Positions 36,806 through 50,158 of a stretch of DNA of 64,000 nt are shown here, piece after piece. A model generated the notes under the pieces. It was not told the origin of the DNA. It saw nothing but the letters and a program-made list of their open reading frames with translations, and made no database searches. Position numbers and translations under genes: made by a program. How positions within the stretch are numbered: the first letter of the stretch is position 1; each line of letters starts with the position of its first letter. The DNA comes from Geosiphon pyriformis uo1. Lineage: Eukaryota > Fungi > Glomeromycota. The stretch covers positions 376,864 to 440,863 of the forward strand of contig JAAOMT010000294.1 in assembly GCA_016748015.1 (NCBI GenBank), written 5' to 3'.

Positions 36806-38044
36806 TATCCTTTTTTCTACTAAAGAAATTACAAATTATCTTTTAAAATAATACTCTATTTTCCAGAAACCTGTTCTTCTATATAAAAAAAGTCTTCAAA
36901 TTTCTATCAATTTATATTAATTGCCTAAAATTTCTTCTGGCATATCCTATCACGCAACAAAACTTTTCACGAATGTCTATCAAAAAATATTTTTACACAA
37001 TATGCTCCGCAAACAATTTTGAAAATAAAACAAAAGTCAACACAATTTCGAGTACACAAATGCCCATGAAAAATTCATGTTAGAATCAAACCAATTGCAG
37101 TTCTATACTTTATATGCTTTCTTTAGTTAATAGATCATCTCCGTACTTTTTTGACAAAAATATTTGCCTTTAATGTCCAAAGATGATAAGCAAAGCAGAA
37201 TTTTTGAGGAGGTCCAATAAGAAGCTGATTTTTCAACAACTCGGTCATCAAATTGAAGGGGGTGATGCTCATCATTTTATGAGGCACATGAATTTTGAAA
37301 GGTACATAATATAATCTTTTGTTTTTGTTGGCAAACTATTTTGAAAAATTAAACCGAATTAGAAGATTAAGTGATCCCAATGTTTCATAATTATCTAATA
37401 AGATCATCAATTATCGGGGTAAAGTAGCCAAAAGTGGTGTTGATCTTCAAAGTTCATGTTTCAAGAATACGTAATGCAGAACTGGGCTTAGCATTTTCAG
37501 TTTCCTACATTTGTGTGCTTTACTCCGTTTCAAAAAAAAATTATGCAAGTGACTTTGGATTTTGATCGAAAAATTCATCGATATGAAAGCACATCTTCAA
37601 TCTGCGTAAAAATTCTGGAAAAACTTCAGAATCAAATCCTATTTTTAACCTGGTATCTACGTTATTTGGACAAACAAGTAAAATTATGCTTCTTAGAGAC
37701 CTTCTGTGTTAATCAACCGAAAAAAGTACAACTTTGAATATAACCGCCTGACTTCAGAATGGTGTTGGGGAGCGTTTCCATACAAAAAGGGGATAATCAA
37801 TGTGTATGTTGATTACATAATTCAATAAATGAGTGGAAGACAATCGAATCATTTTCTTTTATAAAATGCAATCAAGTACAGATTGAATTTATAAAAAGCC
37901 ATACACAACTCTCTTATTTCTTAACCTTTCAAGGAAAAGAATATACATAAAAAACGTCAAGGCAAACATCCAGCAAAAATTGAACAAGGGTTTAAAATCT
38001 TCTTGTATCTCAACTCCAACTCATATCACAATACCTCTATAAAA

Positions 38045-38215
38045 ATGACAAGACTCTTATACGTAATCAGCGTTCTCTTCTTAATTGTTTCCATTACTTC
38101 TGCTCTCCCTAAAGGAATCGCTAGCAATACAGACAAGCCAATAGTCCAGGGTATCGCGATCGACAAAAAAAATAACTCTGATCAAACTCAAACTGATCAA
38201 ACTGTGCGAACATAA
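38045..38215 (+). CDS. Small secreted peptide (56 aa)
   Basis: MTRLLYVISVLFLIVSITSA-LPKGIASNTDKPIVQGIAIDKKNNSDQTQTDQTVRT. Canonical signal peptide with SA-LP cleavage, A-rich start context, and upstream TATAAAA-like boxes. Confidence 0.65.
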   Translation: MTRLLYVISVLFLIVSITSALPKGIASNTDKPIVQGIAIDKKNNSDQTQTDQTVRT

Positions 38216-40346
38216 ACATGAACAGCATCTTTAACTTTCAAATTTTATTCTTATTACGTTTGACTATTTTAAATTATGGTCTGTTTAGAGCTTGTAAAAT
38301 ATTTTATATGGCGACTTTTTTTTCCATAAAGTCATTTAGAATCTAATACCCTTTCCTTGTAACCGTTTTAAACATCTCGACCCTTCATTCATTCTCATTA
38401 ATAATTTATTTCAATAAAGGCTCCAGATTTAGTTCCCATTCAAATCTTTTACTTGTATAACATTTCAAATTAAATATATATATTTGAACTCGCTCCATAT
38501 AGCGAGGGATTTATTCTAAAGAAGTCCAAGTTTGGCTTGGAAAACTTTTTTATGATTCAATCAAAATGCTTGTTCTTTTTCTATGCTGCTCAGTTTACAT
38601 AATTTCTTTCTGGAATCTACCAATGAAGCTGATTTAGAAACCAAGAAAAAATAATCTAACTTTCTTCAGTTAAATCAAAAGAATATTGAATTTAACAATT
38701 TAAAAGTTCGCCATACCACTTTTAATGACATATTTCTCTTAAAGAGTTCTATGAGTTTTCATTTAAATTCAGAGATGCGTAAAATGGATTTCATATTGAT
38801 AGTTGTTTTAATAAAATTGTGTAACTACGATACATAAATACATAATCCTAAAAAACTACAGTAAGAAAAATGATTGAAAGTTTTAGAGGATTTGTGATTT
38901 ATTTCGAGCATGTAAGCGAAAATAAAAGTTTTGAAAATCTTAAACTTGCTGTAAAACATTTCATAATTCTTACAATCCCAAGGTTCAGTATTTTAACGTA
39001 TATGTAGATAGTTTGTATTCTATTGGATTTTTTTTTAAAGTCTGCCTCTGAAAAGGTGATGCCATTCTCCCCAAACATTTGCTCAACTACTAAGAGCCAA
39101 GATAACAGATCTCAAAACTTTAGAATTTAATATTTCTCCGTTGTTAGAGTGATATGCTGTTTCGCAATCTTCAACATCCCACTAATGGTACCGGCTACGT
39201 TGGTTCCCTGAAATTTCATCAACTCCCTAATAAGTTATTCGAAACTACGAAATGTTTCATACAAGTTTTTAGCACAACCAAATATTCAGTATTGTTCAAA
39301 TACTTATGCCAATGTTTTTATTTCTACGAAAAATGATTCTGTTTTAAAAGCGTGATTTCCATAAATTTGTCTTAATCTTGGGTATTTCATATTTGATGTG
39401 TATTACACTTATCAACAAAAAAAAATCCGAGGACAAGAAATCATCTTTTTAAATAGGAAACTTTGCCGATCAAAAATTGTTGCAAAGTTAAAAATTCGCT
39501 TTGAGAGAATGAAACTTTTCTTAAGCCCTACTAAATGAGTTTTGGACAGAAAATACCTCAATGAAGAAATGTAATATAAAAGTATTTTTATAATTCATTG
39601 GTTATAGGCTTTTTGCGATTATTCTAATTGAAATTTTGGCAACAATTTCCGATTTTCTGAATTTTTTGGAAGAAAATTTAGTCTCAAAAGCGAAGATGTA
39701 ATTTTCTATTCATAAAAATATTCCAAAGCTTTGACCTTTTTTCAATATCAAAAAACATGCTGGTTGCTTGACCGAATTCAAGGACCAAGCAGGATGCCAA
39801 AATGAAATTGCTAAATTATTGGTTTTTGCTGATTCGATTTTTTTCAAAATTAACTTTTCTCTTTGCAGTTTTAAAGTGGTTATGCAAGGAGCTAGAGTTT
39901 TTTTTATGGAGCATTTAAAACTTGATATTAGCCTAATATAGATTTTAAATTAATCATTTAAATATCAAGACAAGTTATCATTGGAAATACTTGAGATTTA
40001 CAACTTATGCCAAAGGTTTTCACGGTGCAAAAACGCCCAATTATGAATTCAAACTGAAAATACAGTTAAGTATCTGACGTGATTTTTGCTTTAAACATTT
40101 TTTTAAGCTCAAAAATAACATTGGAAAAACAATTATTTTGACTACTCGATCTATTCTGAAGAAAGAGTTTACATGAGAAAACCCAATCCTTTTCAAATTT
40201 TGAAATTGTCTAGGAAAAATAATATATCATATGATTTATAAGTAAGCTTTTTTAAATACACTAGTATATATTCATAAAATACAGTTCTGCGTAAACCTAA
40301 TAATAATAATTAAAGAGAAAGATGTGATTTAGCATATATTAGGACT

Positions 40347-43126
40347 TTATCCTGGAATTCGGGATCCGCTTCTACCGAGGCCATTATCATTGCCCTCAAC
40401 CATTGTGGGGGAGAATTTCAGCCAAAAATTAAGACCTACTGCAAAAACCAAAGCAATGCAAACCACTGTTGGGAATACAAGGTCGTCTACAAAGTTTCCA
40501 AAGATATGTAAATGTGTTCCCAAATATTTGAAATTTGATCAGTATTAATAAGAATTTACCATAAGGCCCAGGATCCCTAGAGTTGATCATATCATTTCTT
40601 TTGTGGAATTGATTAAGGGAATAAAGCAAAATACTAAGGCTTATAATCGAATATAAGAGGCCGAAAGATCTCCCAATCTTATCGTTTCCAGCGTTGAACA
40701 AAGCCAATGAGAAAGTTCCCAATAAGACGCTAAATCTCATCCATGCAAAGAAAGTTCTTTCGTTCGCAAAATAAACTTTGGGTTCAACGCGGATTGGGGT
40801 CTCAACATGTTGTGGGACGTGAACAGCTGGAGGTAAATTAGAAGGTGGCTCATTAGAAGTTGGGTAAAAGATATTTCTCAACTTGCTCAACAAAGTTGGT
40901 ATGTTTGAAATGAATCTCGTGACACTATTGTCATCATGTTCACCCAGAAGAGGTGTGCTTTCATTAACATCTTCCCCTTTGTCTTCATGATGACCATTCC
41001 TATGGTCGACTGCTTTTCCCTTTCCTTTCCTTTGATTGTCTTTATCAACAATAACTTCGACATAGTTCATCGCTTTATTTGGTGAAGAGCGTCGTCTTCC
41101 GTTATGTGAGCTGTTGCGTCCATTTGATGGAATAAACATCGGAAGAGTTGAAGAATTTGATGCTGTTTCATCATTAGGAGTTTTGAGAATATCTTTATCA
41201 ACATTGGGGAGCTATTAAATTAAGTCAAGAAAGGTATCAATATATCTCTAATGGTAGCGTTGATGACAATATTAAAACATATGCAAGAAAACTTACCCAG
41301 AATGGTAGAGAGGGGGCTTCAGAAGTGAAAAGCGTTGCAACACCATGAACAAATTTGGAAAATTGAGGAGCTTTTTCAACCTTTGGTAGGATTTTGGTGA
41401 TTCGTAAAAATAAAATTACCATTTTAGATTAAGTACCAAAGAATATGTGTAGATCTGCTTGAAATTTACCAAATGACTCTCAATCAATTCCCGAACCCAG
41501 CTCGGCTCTTGCTCGTTCTCTTCTAACTTTAATTTAATCTCAAGAATAGCGTAAGGGAATTTGGAAACATCAGAAGATGTTTTGCCAAATAGATTTTGAT
41601 CTTCAATATCCGTACGACGCCATTCATCAGCCTTACGCCTGATGATATGGTTGAAATTGTCTTCACGAATAGACACAAAATCTGTGTCCAAGGAAATTCG
41701 ACAGCGGGCGTCTCCTGGAATCTGAAAGGCCATTCGATTACAAATAGTGCGAAGCACTATTCCACATATGCAAATTAAAATGGCAAAAATTATCAGCTCA
41801 CTTAAACTAAAATTTATTAGATGCTCAACTGACTTCAACTTTACCAGGTGTGAGCTTTTTCTTAAGTATAGTGGTTTGAATTTCTGATACCAGATTTTCG
41901 AATTGCTTTATTTCCTCTTCTTTTTTGGGAATTTCTCTCATTTTTTCGATCGTCTTTTTCATATCGTAGTTTCCGTTGAGGAATTGATTGACATATTTCT
42001 CTTTGATCATGAACTGTTCCTTAATCTCTTTATCACCTTCTCGTTGCATTTTACGCTCAATAAAAACTTCGTTAGTAACCTCTTTACTTCCGTACCAGCG
42101 CAATCTGATAACCTGTTCTCCTCCTTTATGATCAATTTTATCCTGGTAAAGCTCAAGATTCTGGTTATCAAGATAAATTGTACTGAGGGATGGGTCAAAG
42201 GCAGCTTTGTAAATCAAAACCGGAAGATGACGAAGTATAGTTGTCTTGACTTCCATTATGTTATTTGGATGAACCCAGAATTTGTGATTTTGACGGAGAA
42301 ACCGTTGTGAGGACAAAAGTGTGGGAGGCTTCCAAGATGAGGAAAGCGATAAAGAGAAATTGGCCGGGGAAGGGGGTATTTTTGGATCTTGCTGGTCATA
42401 TCCAAGCCCCACATGCACAATGTGATAAAGTTTGGAAAGTTGTACGATTATAGGCTCATATGTCTCCTTATAAAAGGGACAAGCATTCAGCCGAACATTA
42501 AACATTGGACGAAGCATGTATCGCGTTCGTCTGAAAATTCGCAATGAAACTTGAGTATCGAGTCATTGTTGGAAAAGGAATTTGAAAATGGGAGCGATTT
42601 CTAGATATTGATTATTTGCTCTATCCCAATTACTGGGACATGGGGGATTCTTACCTATCATGCTTCTTAACAATTTTAATGATACCAGTATAATTCAAAC
42701 GGGCATATTTTGCCAACTCATTCAGCTCTTCAGTGATAGAATTAATCTCACTCTCTACTTCAGCATAAATATCAGGTACATTTATCGGTGAGTTTCGATT
42801 AATAGAAGCAACTGCATTTTCACAATGGTGCACGCGATCTTTAATTTCTTCGATTTTAGCATTTTGAAAAGCATAAATCTTGAAAAAATTTAGGATAGGA
42901 AAAAATTTAAACGAGACTAGTGCAAAGAAAAAAGAAATTTGCGTTGCTTAAAATGCACCTTCTCCAATTCCTTATCCAACCGTTCAACAAATTCTGATTC
43001 ATGTTTTTCCGTATATCCATCTTGGTTTTCACCAAGTTTTAAACGCTTTTTCAGACCACTATAATCCAGATAATACTCTGCCCATTCTTTATAGAGGGCT
43101 CCTTCTAGTTGACTTCCGAATTTCAT
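40347..43126 (-). CDS. VTC2: Vacuolar transporter chaperone subunit (SPX + VTC polyphosphate-polymerase domain + DUF202 TMs), Vtc2/Vtc4 family
   Basis: SPX MKFGSQL...YYLDYSGLKK and LNYTGIIKIVKKHDR. VTC domain KFWVHPNNIMEVKTTILRHLPVLIY, IRLRWYG, FIERK, AFQIPGDARCRISLDT, FPYAILEIKL, FSKFVHG. DUF202 RVEPKVYFANERTF. The last exon ends ...SRIPG* at 40347. Vtc2 versus Vtc4 is uncertain. Confidence 0.9.
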
Positions 43127-43375
43127 TTCAGCTCTTCAATATTCCTTCAGTAATTGGATTTATACCTGCCTAATTGCGGAATTGGAGATAGTGTCGAATA
43201 TGATCTTATTAGAAAGAATCAATGAATTATAAAAAAAATTCGTAGTCTCAAAGAAAATCAGTAGTTAAATAAATTTTACACCAAGAGTGATTTTGATCAA
43301 TTATACTGGTGTAAGTTTTACGGCTATATTTGTACAATTGCACTGCATTTTGTTGGCGTTTCTATATATACTAAC

Positions 43376-43669
43376 CACGTTTTAAGGTTGGTAGATAGTT
43401 TACCTCGCTTTAGTTAGCCTGTCAGACAATTGGGTAAAAAATTTTGATCCTCGCGCTTGAAGGCGTTAAAGTATTAAAAATTCTGACATTTAAGGCGCTT
43501 TTAATCACCAGTTCATCTATGACGACAACAATCCCATTTTATTTGACTATGACGTTTAGGCCAATGTAAAGCTGTTATTCCCTCCAAAAGATGCTTTGAT
43601 CCGTGGACTTTTGGATGGAATCTAAAAAATCCGCATCCCTTGTGTATGGAGGCGAATCTAAACCACGTG
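43376..43669. promoter_or_regulatory. Bidirectional VTC/CAX intergenic region with two Pho4-type E-boxes (CACGTT 43376-43381, CACGTG 43664-43669)
   Basis: Both motifs sit in the same AACCACGT context, within the 755-bp head-to-head interval. Yeast VTC genes are Pho4 targets. Confidence 0.4.
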
Positions 43670-43881
43670 ATATAAACATTGCAAAGTCGTCTTTTATGTT
43701 ATGATTTTGTGAAACAAACTGTTTCAATAACTCTAGAAAAGAAGCAGTGTTCCTAGTTCAAGTTGATCAATTTTCCTTTCTCACAGGGCCAATTGTCAGG
43801 GACACCATTAAGCATCATAAAACTCTAAACTCTCCGCATCAATGGTCATTTGGCTTCAATTTCCAGCTTGATCTCATTACA

Positions 43882-45469
43882 ATGGCAAAAAACGATTCAA
43901 TAACATTTGAGACTATAACTTCAGACCAAAATCATGATGAAATTCCACGAATACAAATTGTGAACGTTGACACAACAGCAAGATTAGTCGAGAACCGCAA
44001 ATTTTACAATAGATTTGTGAAAATTTCGAACATTATTGGGATAGTTTTGGTAATAATATTGTTCCCACTGGGAATTCTTTCAAAACATTTGAATTGGGGT
44101 GACACCACAACCTTTCTTCTAAATTTTGGAGCGATTCTGCCACTTTCAAAATTTGCTGATTCATTAGCAGAACATATTGGGAAGATGTTTGGACAGGTAA
44201 GAAAAATTTTGAAAATCAAATCAGTATTAAGTTTCTATTAATTTCAAAATTTTAAACCAAATTATTAAGAAACTTGCTGTCCTTTTTGATGTGACATTCG
44301 GGCACGCAGTTGATTTAACTGTGGCCATAATTACTCTTACCTATGGTCAAATTTACATGGTGAAAGCCTTTCTCTTCGGTTCGATTATCTCAAGTCTTTT
44401 ATTGATTCTTGGTCTGAAAACTCTACTTGTCGGGATCAAAATTTCGGAACACCCATATCCAACTACAGCAGCACAGACAGATTCAAGTTTAATGACGCTA
44501 GCAGCACTTTCCTTGGTACTCTTTGGTGGGCTTACGTTGCAATTGGATGCGGAAAGACTTTTGAACGTGAGTCGTGGCGCTTCATTGGTATTATTAATTG
44601 TTTACGTGCTCTATTTGTATTTTAAGGTAAGGCAAAATTAATACCTAGTAAAGGATCATTCTCATCTTTATAGTAGAGATGTGCTAATATTTTGGAATTT
44701 CTTAGCTAAAGACACATGCATTTCTTTATGCAAAAGTATATCAAGATGAAAACAGAGTTACCCAGAAGAACATTACTAGTCTATGGCTCGCTTTTCCAAT
44801 ATTTGTTGTGGCAACTGTGGCAGCAGGACTGTGTGCTGATTACATGGTAAATTCAATTGAAGGATTAGTGAATGGTTTGAGTTTGAGCAAATCGTTTATT
44901 GGATTTATATTTTTGCCATTTGCAAGTAAAATGCCGGAAGTAAGTACTTTTTTGATGACTTTGACTGTAAATTCTATTAGAATTTTTCTCAATTTAATGA
45001 ACCTCCTCATTAAGCTTCGGTCAATCCTTAAAATAATCTTGAGTGAACCCGTGTTAACTGAGGCTGTTTGTGAAGCTGCGGATGCAAGTGTGGTCAGTGA
45101 TCTAACAGAAATTAGAATTGGGAATAACATTAAATCCTAAAATATTTTTATTTTCTGCTATATAGCAAATTTCCCTCTTTATAGCACCTTTGCTGGTCAT
45201 ACTTGGATGGATAATCAATCAACCAATGACATTGGCATTTGGCATCAATGAGACAATTGCCTTATTCATATCAGCTTTATTGACAAATCTTTTAGTCCAG
45301 GTTAGTTAGGGATTTCTTGATTTTACAGAATTTTGTGGAGTTTAAAAGAAATTTGATAAATTTCCAGAATGGTAAATCCAATTGGCTAGGAGGAGTGTTA
45401 CCTCTCGCCGTGTATGTCATGATAGCATTGGCATTTTATTTTTATCCAAACGATTATCCAATGAAATGA
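43882..45469 (+). CDS. Ca2+/H+ exchanger family (CAX/VCX1-like), divergent alpha-repeats (multi-exon)
   Basis: TFLLNFGAILPLSK, TFGHAVDL, LFGSIISSLLLILG, VSRGASLVLLIVYVLYLYFKLKTH, CADYMVNSIEG, SKSFIGFIFLP, QISLFIAPLLVILGW, GKSNWLGG, AFYFYP. Stop at 45467-45469. Confidence 0.88.
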
Positions 45470-48049
45470 ACAATCCAAGGTTCTATCAAAAAAAAAACCT
45501 TTTCCAATTTCCTGTATAGTAAAAAGAGTATTGTATACGTGTTTCATTCAAATCTCGCTGCTTGTTCTTTTCTATTTTCTTCTTACATACTGACCTTCAA
45601 CGGTCTCTTTTTCACCACCCTTTTGTGCACCAAATGGACACAATTTACCAAAGACAAACCAATTCCATGTTGATAACTGAAGACATATGCTATTTATACA
45701 AAGAATAGTAATGGCTGCTTTTATTTGTATTCTCGCAAAAATGAAACATTTAATTCTTTCTGCCATTTTGGCTTCAAAGCCTCGGACAATATCAAGGCTT
45801 ATGGCGTTCAAATTTAAATTAAGTTGGCTTTAAATGTAACTCATATTCTATTAATTAATGTAAGTTATGTCCTACTTTTAAATCACTTATTTTCACTGCA
45901 CTTTTTTTCTTGTTCAATAATATAAATCATAGAATTACACAAGCCTAAGAGTTGGTTGAAAACAGGTGTTAAAACTTTATACATGATTAATAAATCTGTG
46001 GAAATTTGATAAAATACTTTTTTCTCACAATATTAAAAAACTAAATAAAATAACCAAAATAAAATAAATACAAATTTTACGTTTTTTAAAAAGTCAAATT
46101 TTCTAAAATTACTTTTTATATATATTCATGTGAATGATAATTAAGATCATCAATTTCTGCAATAATTTCTAGGTTACTTAATGAATTAAATAGTTATAAT
46201 ATTAACTCATTGTTTAATAAACTAATATCCTTCGTTATTAAGAGAATTCAATCTAAAAGGTTTTTTACCTCAAGCAGGAAATATACATTTGTTAAAGATG
46301 AATTTACAATCGCTTTTCAAAAAGAGAGAAAACTGTGACTTTAATTATCAAAGCCCAAAATCAAGAATTTGAATAGGCTGAAAGAAAGATATTAAATTGC
46401 AAAATTAGAAAATTCAAAGTTCTTTAAAAAATCTCAGTCAAGTCAATTCATGTTTAAAAGCTGATTAATTATTATATTTAATTTGAATTAAGTATAAATT
46501 AATGTAAGAAAAATTATATATTAAATAATAAAAATATTTTTTTATCAAATAAAAATTTTGCTAAAAGTTAATATATAAAGTATTATAAAATTAGGTTTTT
46601 CTTTTGCTTATATTAATAATATTTACTAAATTAATATATATATTCATCAAAATAGTCAAATCTTTAAAATACAAATCTGAAATACGATTTTTATTTTTTA
46701 ATGATTTATCTAAATCTTATTATCCCATTTTCAATTAGTAAAATAATTGAATTTTTTTAATCTTGAGGAGTATAGCAATATTTTAATAATATTAAATTAA
46801 ATTTTTTTAAAAAAGGTGTAAGAAAATATTTATAAAATTATAACAAATAATATAACATGGGAAAAATTAATATGTATAATGTAAATATATGTAATTGTTA
46901 AAAATTAATTTTCTCCGATACTATAATTGATTACAATATTATTAAAATAAAATTCGTAAATTAAAATGCATGATTTTTATTAATATAATTAATATAATTT
47001 ATTAATGGATTTTTTACAAATAATTGATGTTTAGAAATATAATATTGTTTTTGTTAAGAGAAATATTTTTTAAAAATATTTATTCGAAATTATAAAAGTC
47101 ATAAAAATATTAAATAAAATAATAATTTAAATTGTTTTAAAAAGCATTTGTCATTTGCAAATATATATAGAAATATTTATAATATTTTAATCAGATAAAA
47201 ATTATTATATAACTTCAATTGAAAAATTATTAATTATATTTTGAATTTGATAAAAATCGCATTTTATAATAAAATTTATATATTTTTAATTTTATATTTA
47301 AAAAACTTTACAATAAATACAGTATGTTACAGAAACACTAGAATCAAAATATATTATTATTAGATTGTAATAATTACATAAATAACTTATTTAATCAAAT
47401 AATTTATTAAAAATAAAATAAATATTATTCACTTTTTATAATATATTGCTTTAATTCAACAAAGTTGTTAGACATATATTTTTTTTGTATTGCTTTTGAC
47501 AATGTTAACAAAATTTTGACTGGATTTCAATTAAAGTTGTTTAATAATTAATCCAAAATTTCAAGTAGATTTCGTCAAAAAAAAATTGAACAAGATAATT
47601 TTTATGTTTCAATTATTGTTTTGCTGCTATTATCATTTATTTACAAGGATTTTTTAACTTTTAACCATTTATAATAAAATAAACTAAATTTAAAATTTGC
47701 ATATTAAACATCAAAAATTATGTTTTATTTTTGCACAAATTGCTTGGTTTTTTTGTAATACAATACATAAATTTAATAACACTTTTTTCTTTTGTTAATT
47801 TTTGGACTATTAAAAATTAAAAAATCATCAAAACTTTTACTTTATACAAAAGTTTGTTTCTATATATTATATTTAAAATTAGCTTTTTAGCATTTTTATA
47901 CTGTTTGGACTTTTTTTATTAAAGTTTAATAAGTGTAGCCCAATTGCTATCTAGTATACAGAACCAAAACCAAAAGTCCTAGTTAAATGCAATTTATGCT
48001 TTTTCTACATGTCACCAGTTATTCGGACCAATTAAAAACATACTATACT

Positions 48050-50158
48050 GATATTTTAAAAAAAAAACTTATTCAAAGAAGAGATCTTTTGAACAACTTC
48101 AAATAATATAGCATTATTAAAAACCAAGCCTACCAATCAGTCAGTTATTTTAAAGATATTAGACTTAATATTAACTAATTTATATTTCTAAAGTGACAAT
48201 AAATTAGCAAATATATTATTATCAATAATAAACAAATTTACATAAGAGCCAGATATATCAATTTTCTAATAGCTATACTTATTTTTTAAAACAATCATAT
48301 TTTGTTTTAGTTTACTTACAGCTTTGCTAAAAATATTCATATGTACTAAAATTTTATTGATTTTAAGACTAAAAACATTGTTTAATTTAAAATAACTCTT
48401 AACAAACTGCTCAAACACAATAACCAATGTATCAACAGACTTAACAATTGAATTGACTAAAGCCAAAAGCTTAACCAAACTGGATTTCAAAGATGTCAGC
48501 TAAGAAAAAATCAAAAAATTACTAAAAACTACAAAAAAAAAGCAGATATCATTAAAAAAAAACTCAAAAGAATCTAAAAGAGCAAAGGTCTTAGCATAAA
48601 AAATATTTCTCACAAAATATGGTTTAAACATCTTGAAAATCTTAAAAAAAGGAGGTGAAAAAACTTTACAATCTACTGTTAAATGGCTCATTTCTTGATA
48701 TCTAAAACAGTACCAATATCTAAAAGTTTTTTATTAGATATAATACTTTTTTAGTGTATTAGTTTTAAAAACTACAGCATTCAAATCAACTTAAAATCCA
48801 AATATAATTAGAGCAAACCAGAAATAATTACTAAAATTAGAAGAGTAAAAATAAAACATATTTGATCACTAACTTAAGAAATCATATTACTGATTTTAAA
48901 AGCAGTACAGCCAAAAAAAAGATTGATCAACTTGGTTTTAAACTTATTATAAAACAGAATAGTTTTATTTTGATTTACTAAAAAAAAAATTTTAATACTA
49001 TTTTTATTTACTAAAACTGATCAATAATTTAAAGTAAACATAACAGAGTTTAATTTATTAAAGTAAATAACTATGTATTATTAAATACCAACAGACTTTA
49101 GTACAACATAAGCAACTTTATTAAATACACTAAAAACCATTTTAATATTAGCAGCAAATATATTCAAAAACATATTATACAGTATAATAGCAGCAAAAAA
49201 AAAACCAGATTCAGAAATTACTAAAAACTTGGCAATTTTAAAAGTGGTTAAATAAACAAAGCTTGTAAGCTCAATTAAAAAAGTAGTTTCCAAAGATTTT
49301 AAAAAGCAAACTTTATACAAAAAAGCTTTATATTGTTTTTTAATACCAACTTTATATCTAAGAAATTATATACAGACTGTAAAATAATCTTAATATAAGC
49401 TAATCTGATTTTAAAAATAGCACTAAGCACTAGAGTAAAGGTTATCTACTCAGTAAATTTTTGATAATTAATAATAGATTTTTAAGTATTATTAATGACA
49501 ATACCAAAAACCAGTAAAAAAGATAATTTAGTTTTTATCTAATTAATTTAGTTTTTAAGAACAAATAATTCTACAGAAAATAGTTGTTTTATTTCTAAAA
49601 CCAGCAAAAATCTGTTAGAAGACACTATATTTGGCAATACAACTAATAGTTAATCTGGCCTATTTTAGATAATATGCTAAATAATACAACAGAAATTTTA
49701 TCTAAGATTTTATTAAAAACTACCAAAAAATTTGATATAACAACAACAAAAGCAAGTAACTGTCTCTACTTTTTTGAACTTTTAGTCTTTTTAACTATTT
49801 TTTTTTGAAGAAAAAATACTAACAACATTAGGTATAAAAACTATAAAAGAGAAAACCAGCTTGTTGATTAATCTGTTATTAAAAATTTTTGAGTTTTTGG
49901 AAGGAGTAGAAATAATACTGAAACTAATCTAAATGTGTTTCTTTAAGAGAATTTTGATTGGTAAAAAACCAGCCAAAGATGAAAAAGATGTTTTAGTAAT
50001 CACTAAAGACAGTTTTTACTATTAATATTTAATAAAAAGACTTCTAAAACATTTTGTTTAACAGTTTTTACAACAGAAAAGACTTTTCTGGTTAAAACTT
50101 TATTAGATATCTTAGAAAAAATATCAGATACAGCTTTTTTACTTTTTGCTCTGGCCAT
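48050..50158 (-). mobile_element. Heavily mutated non-LTR (LINE-like) ORF1/gag relic with degenerate CCHC zinc knuckle
   Basis: Fragmentary ORFs 49081-49320, 48500-48691 and 48266-48490 on one strand. CFRYQEMSHLTVDC at 48668-48709 reads as a decayed Cx2Cx4Hx4C, followed by a coiled-coil-like segment. Start MARAKSKKA at 50158. Confidence 0.65.

Noticed and set aside
38489-38519. CTCGCT/AGCGAG hairpin followed by CTAA as a possible Helitron 3' end
   Set aside because: The stem is only 6 bp, the next base is not T, and no matching 5' end or second copy is visible.
45572-45811. 79-aa minus-strand ORF convergent with the CAX gene
   Set aside because: Non-ATG start and no recognisable domain.
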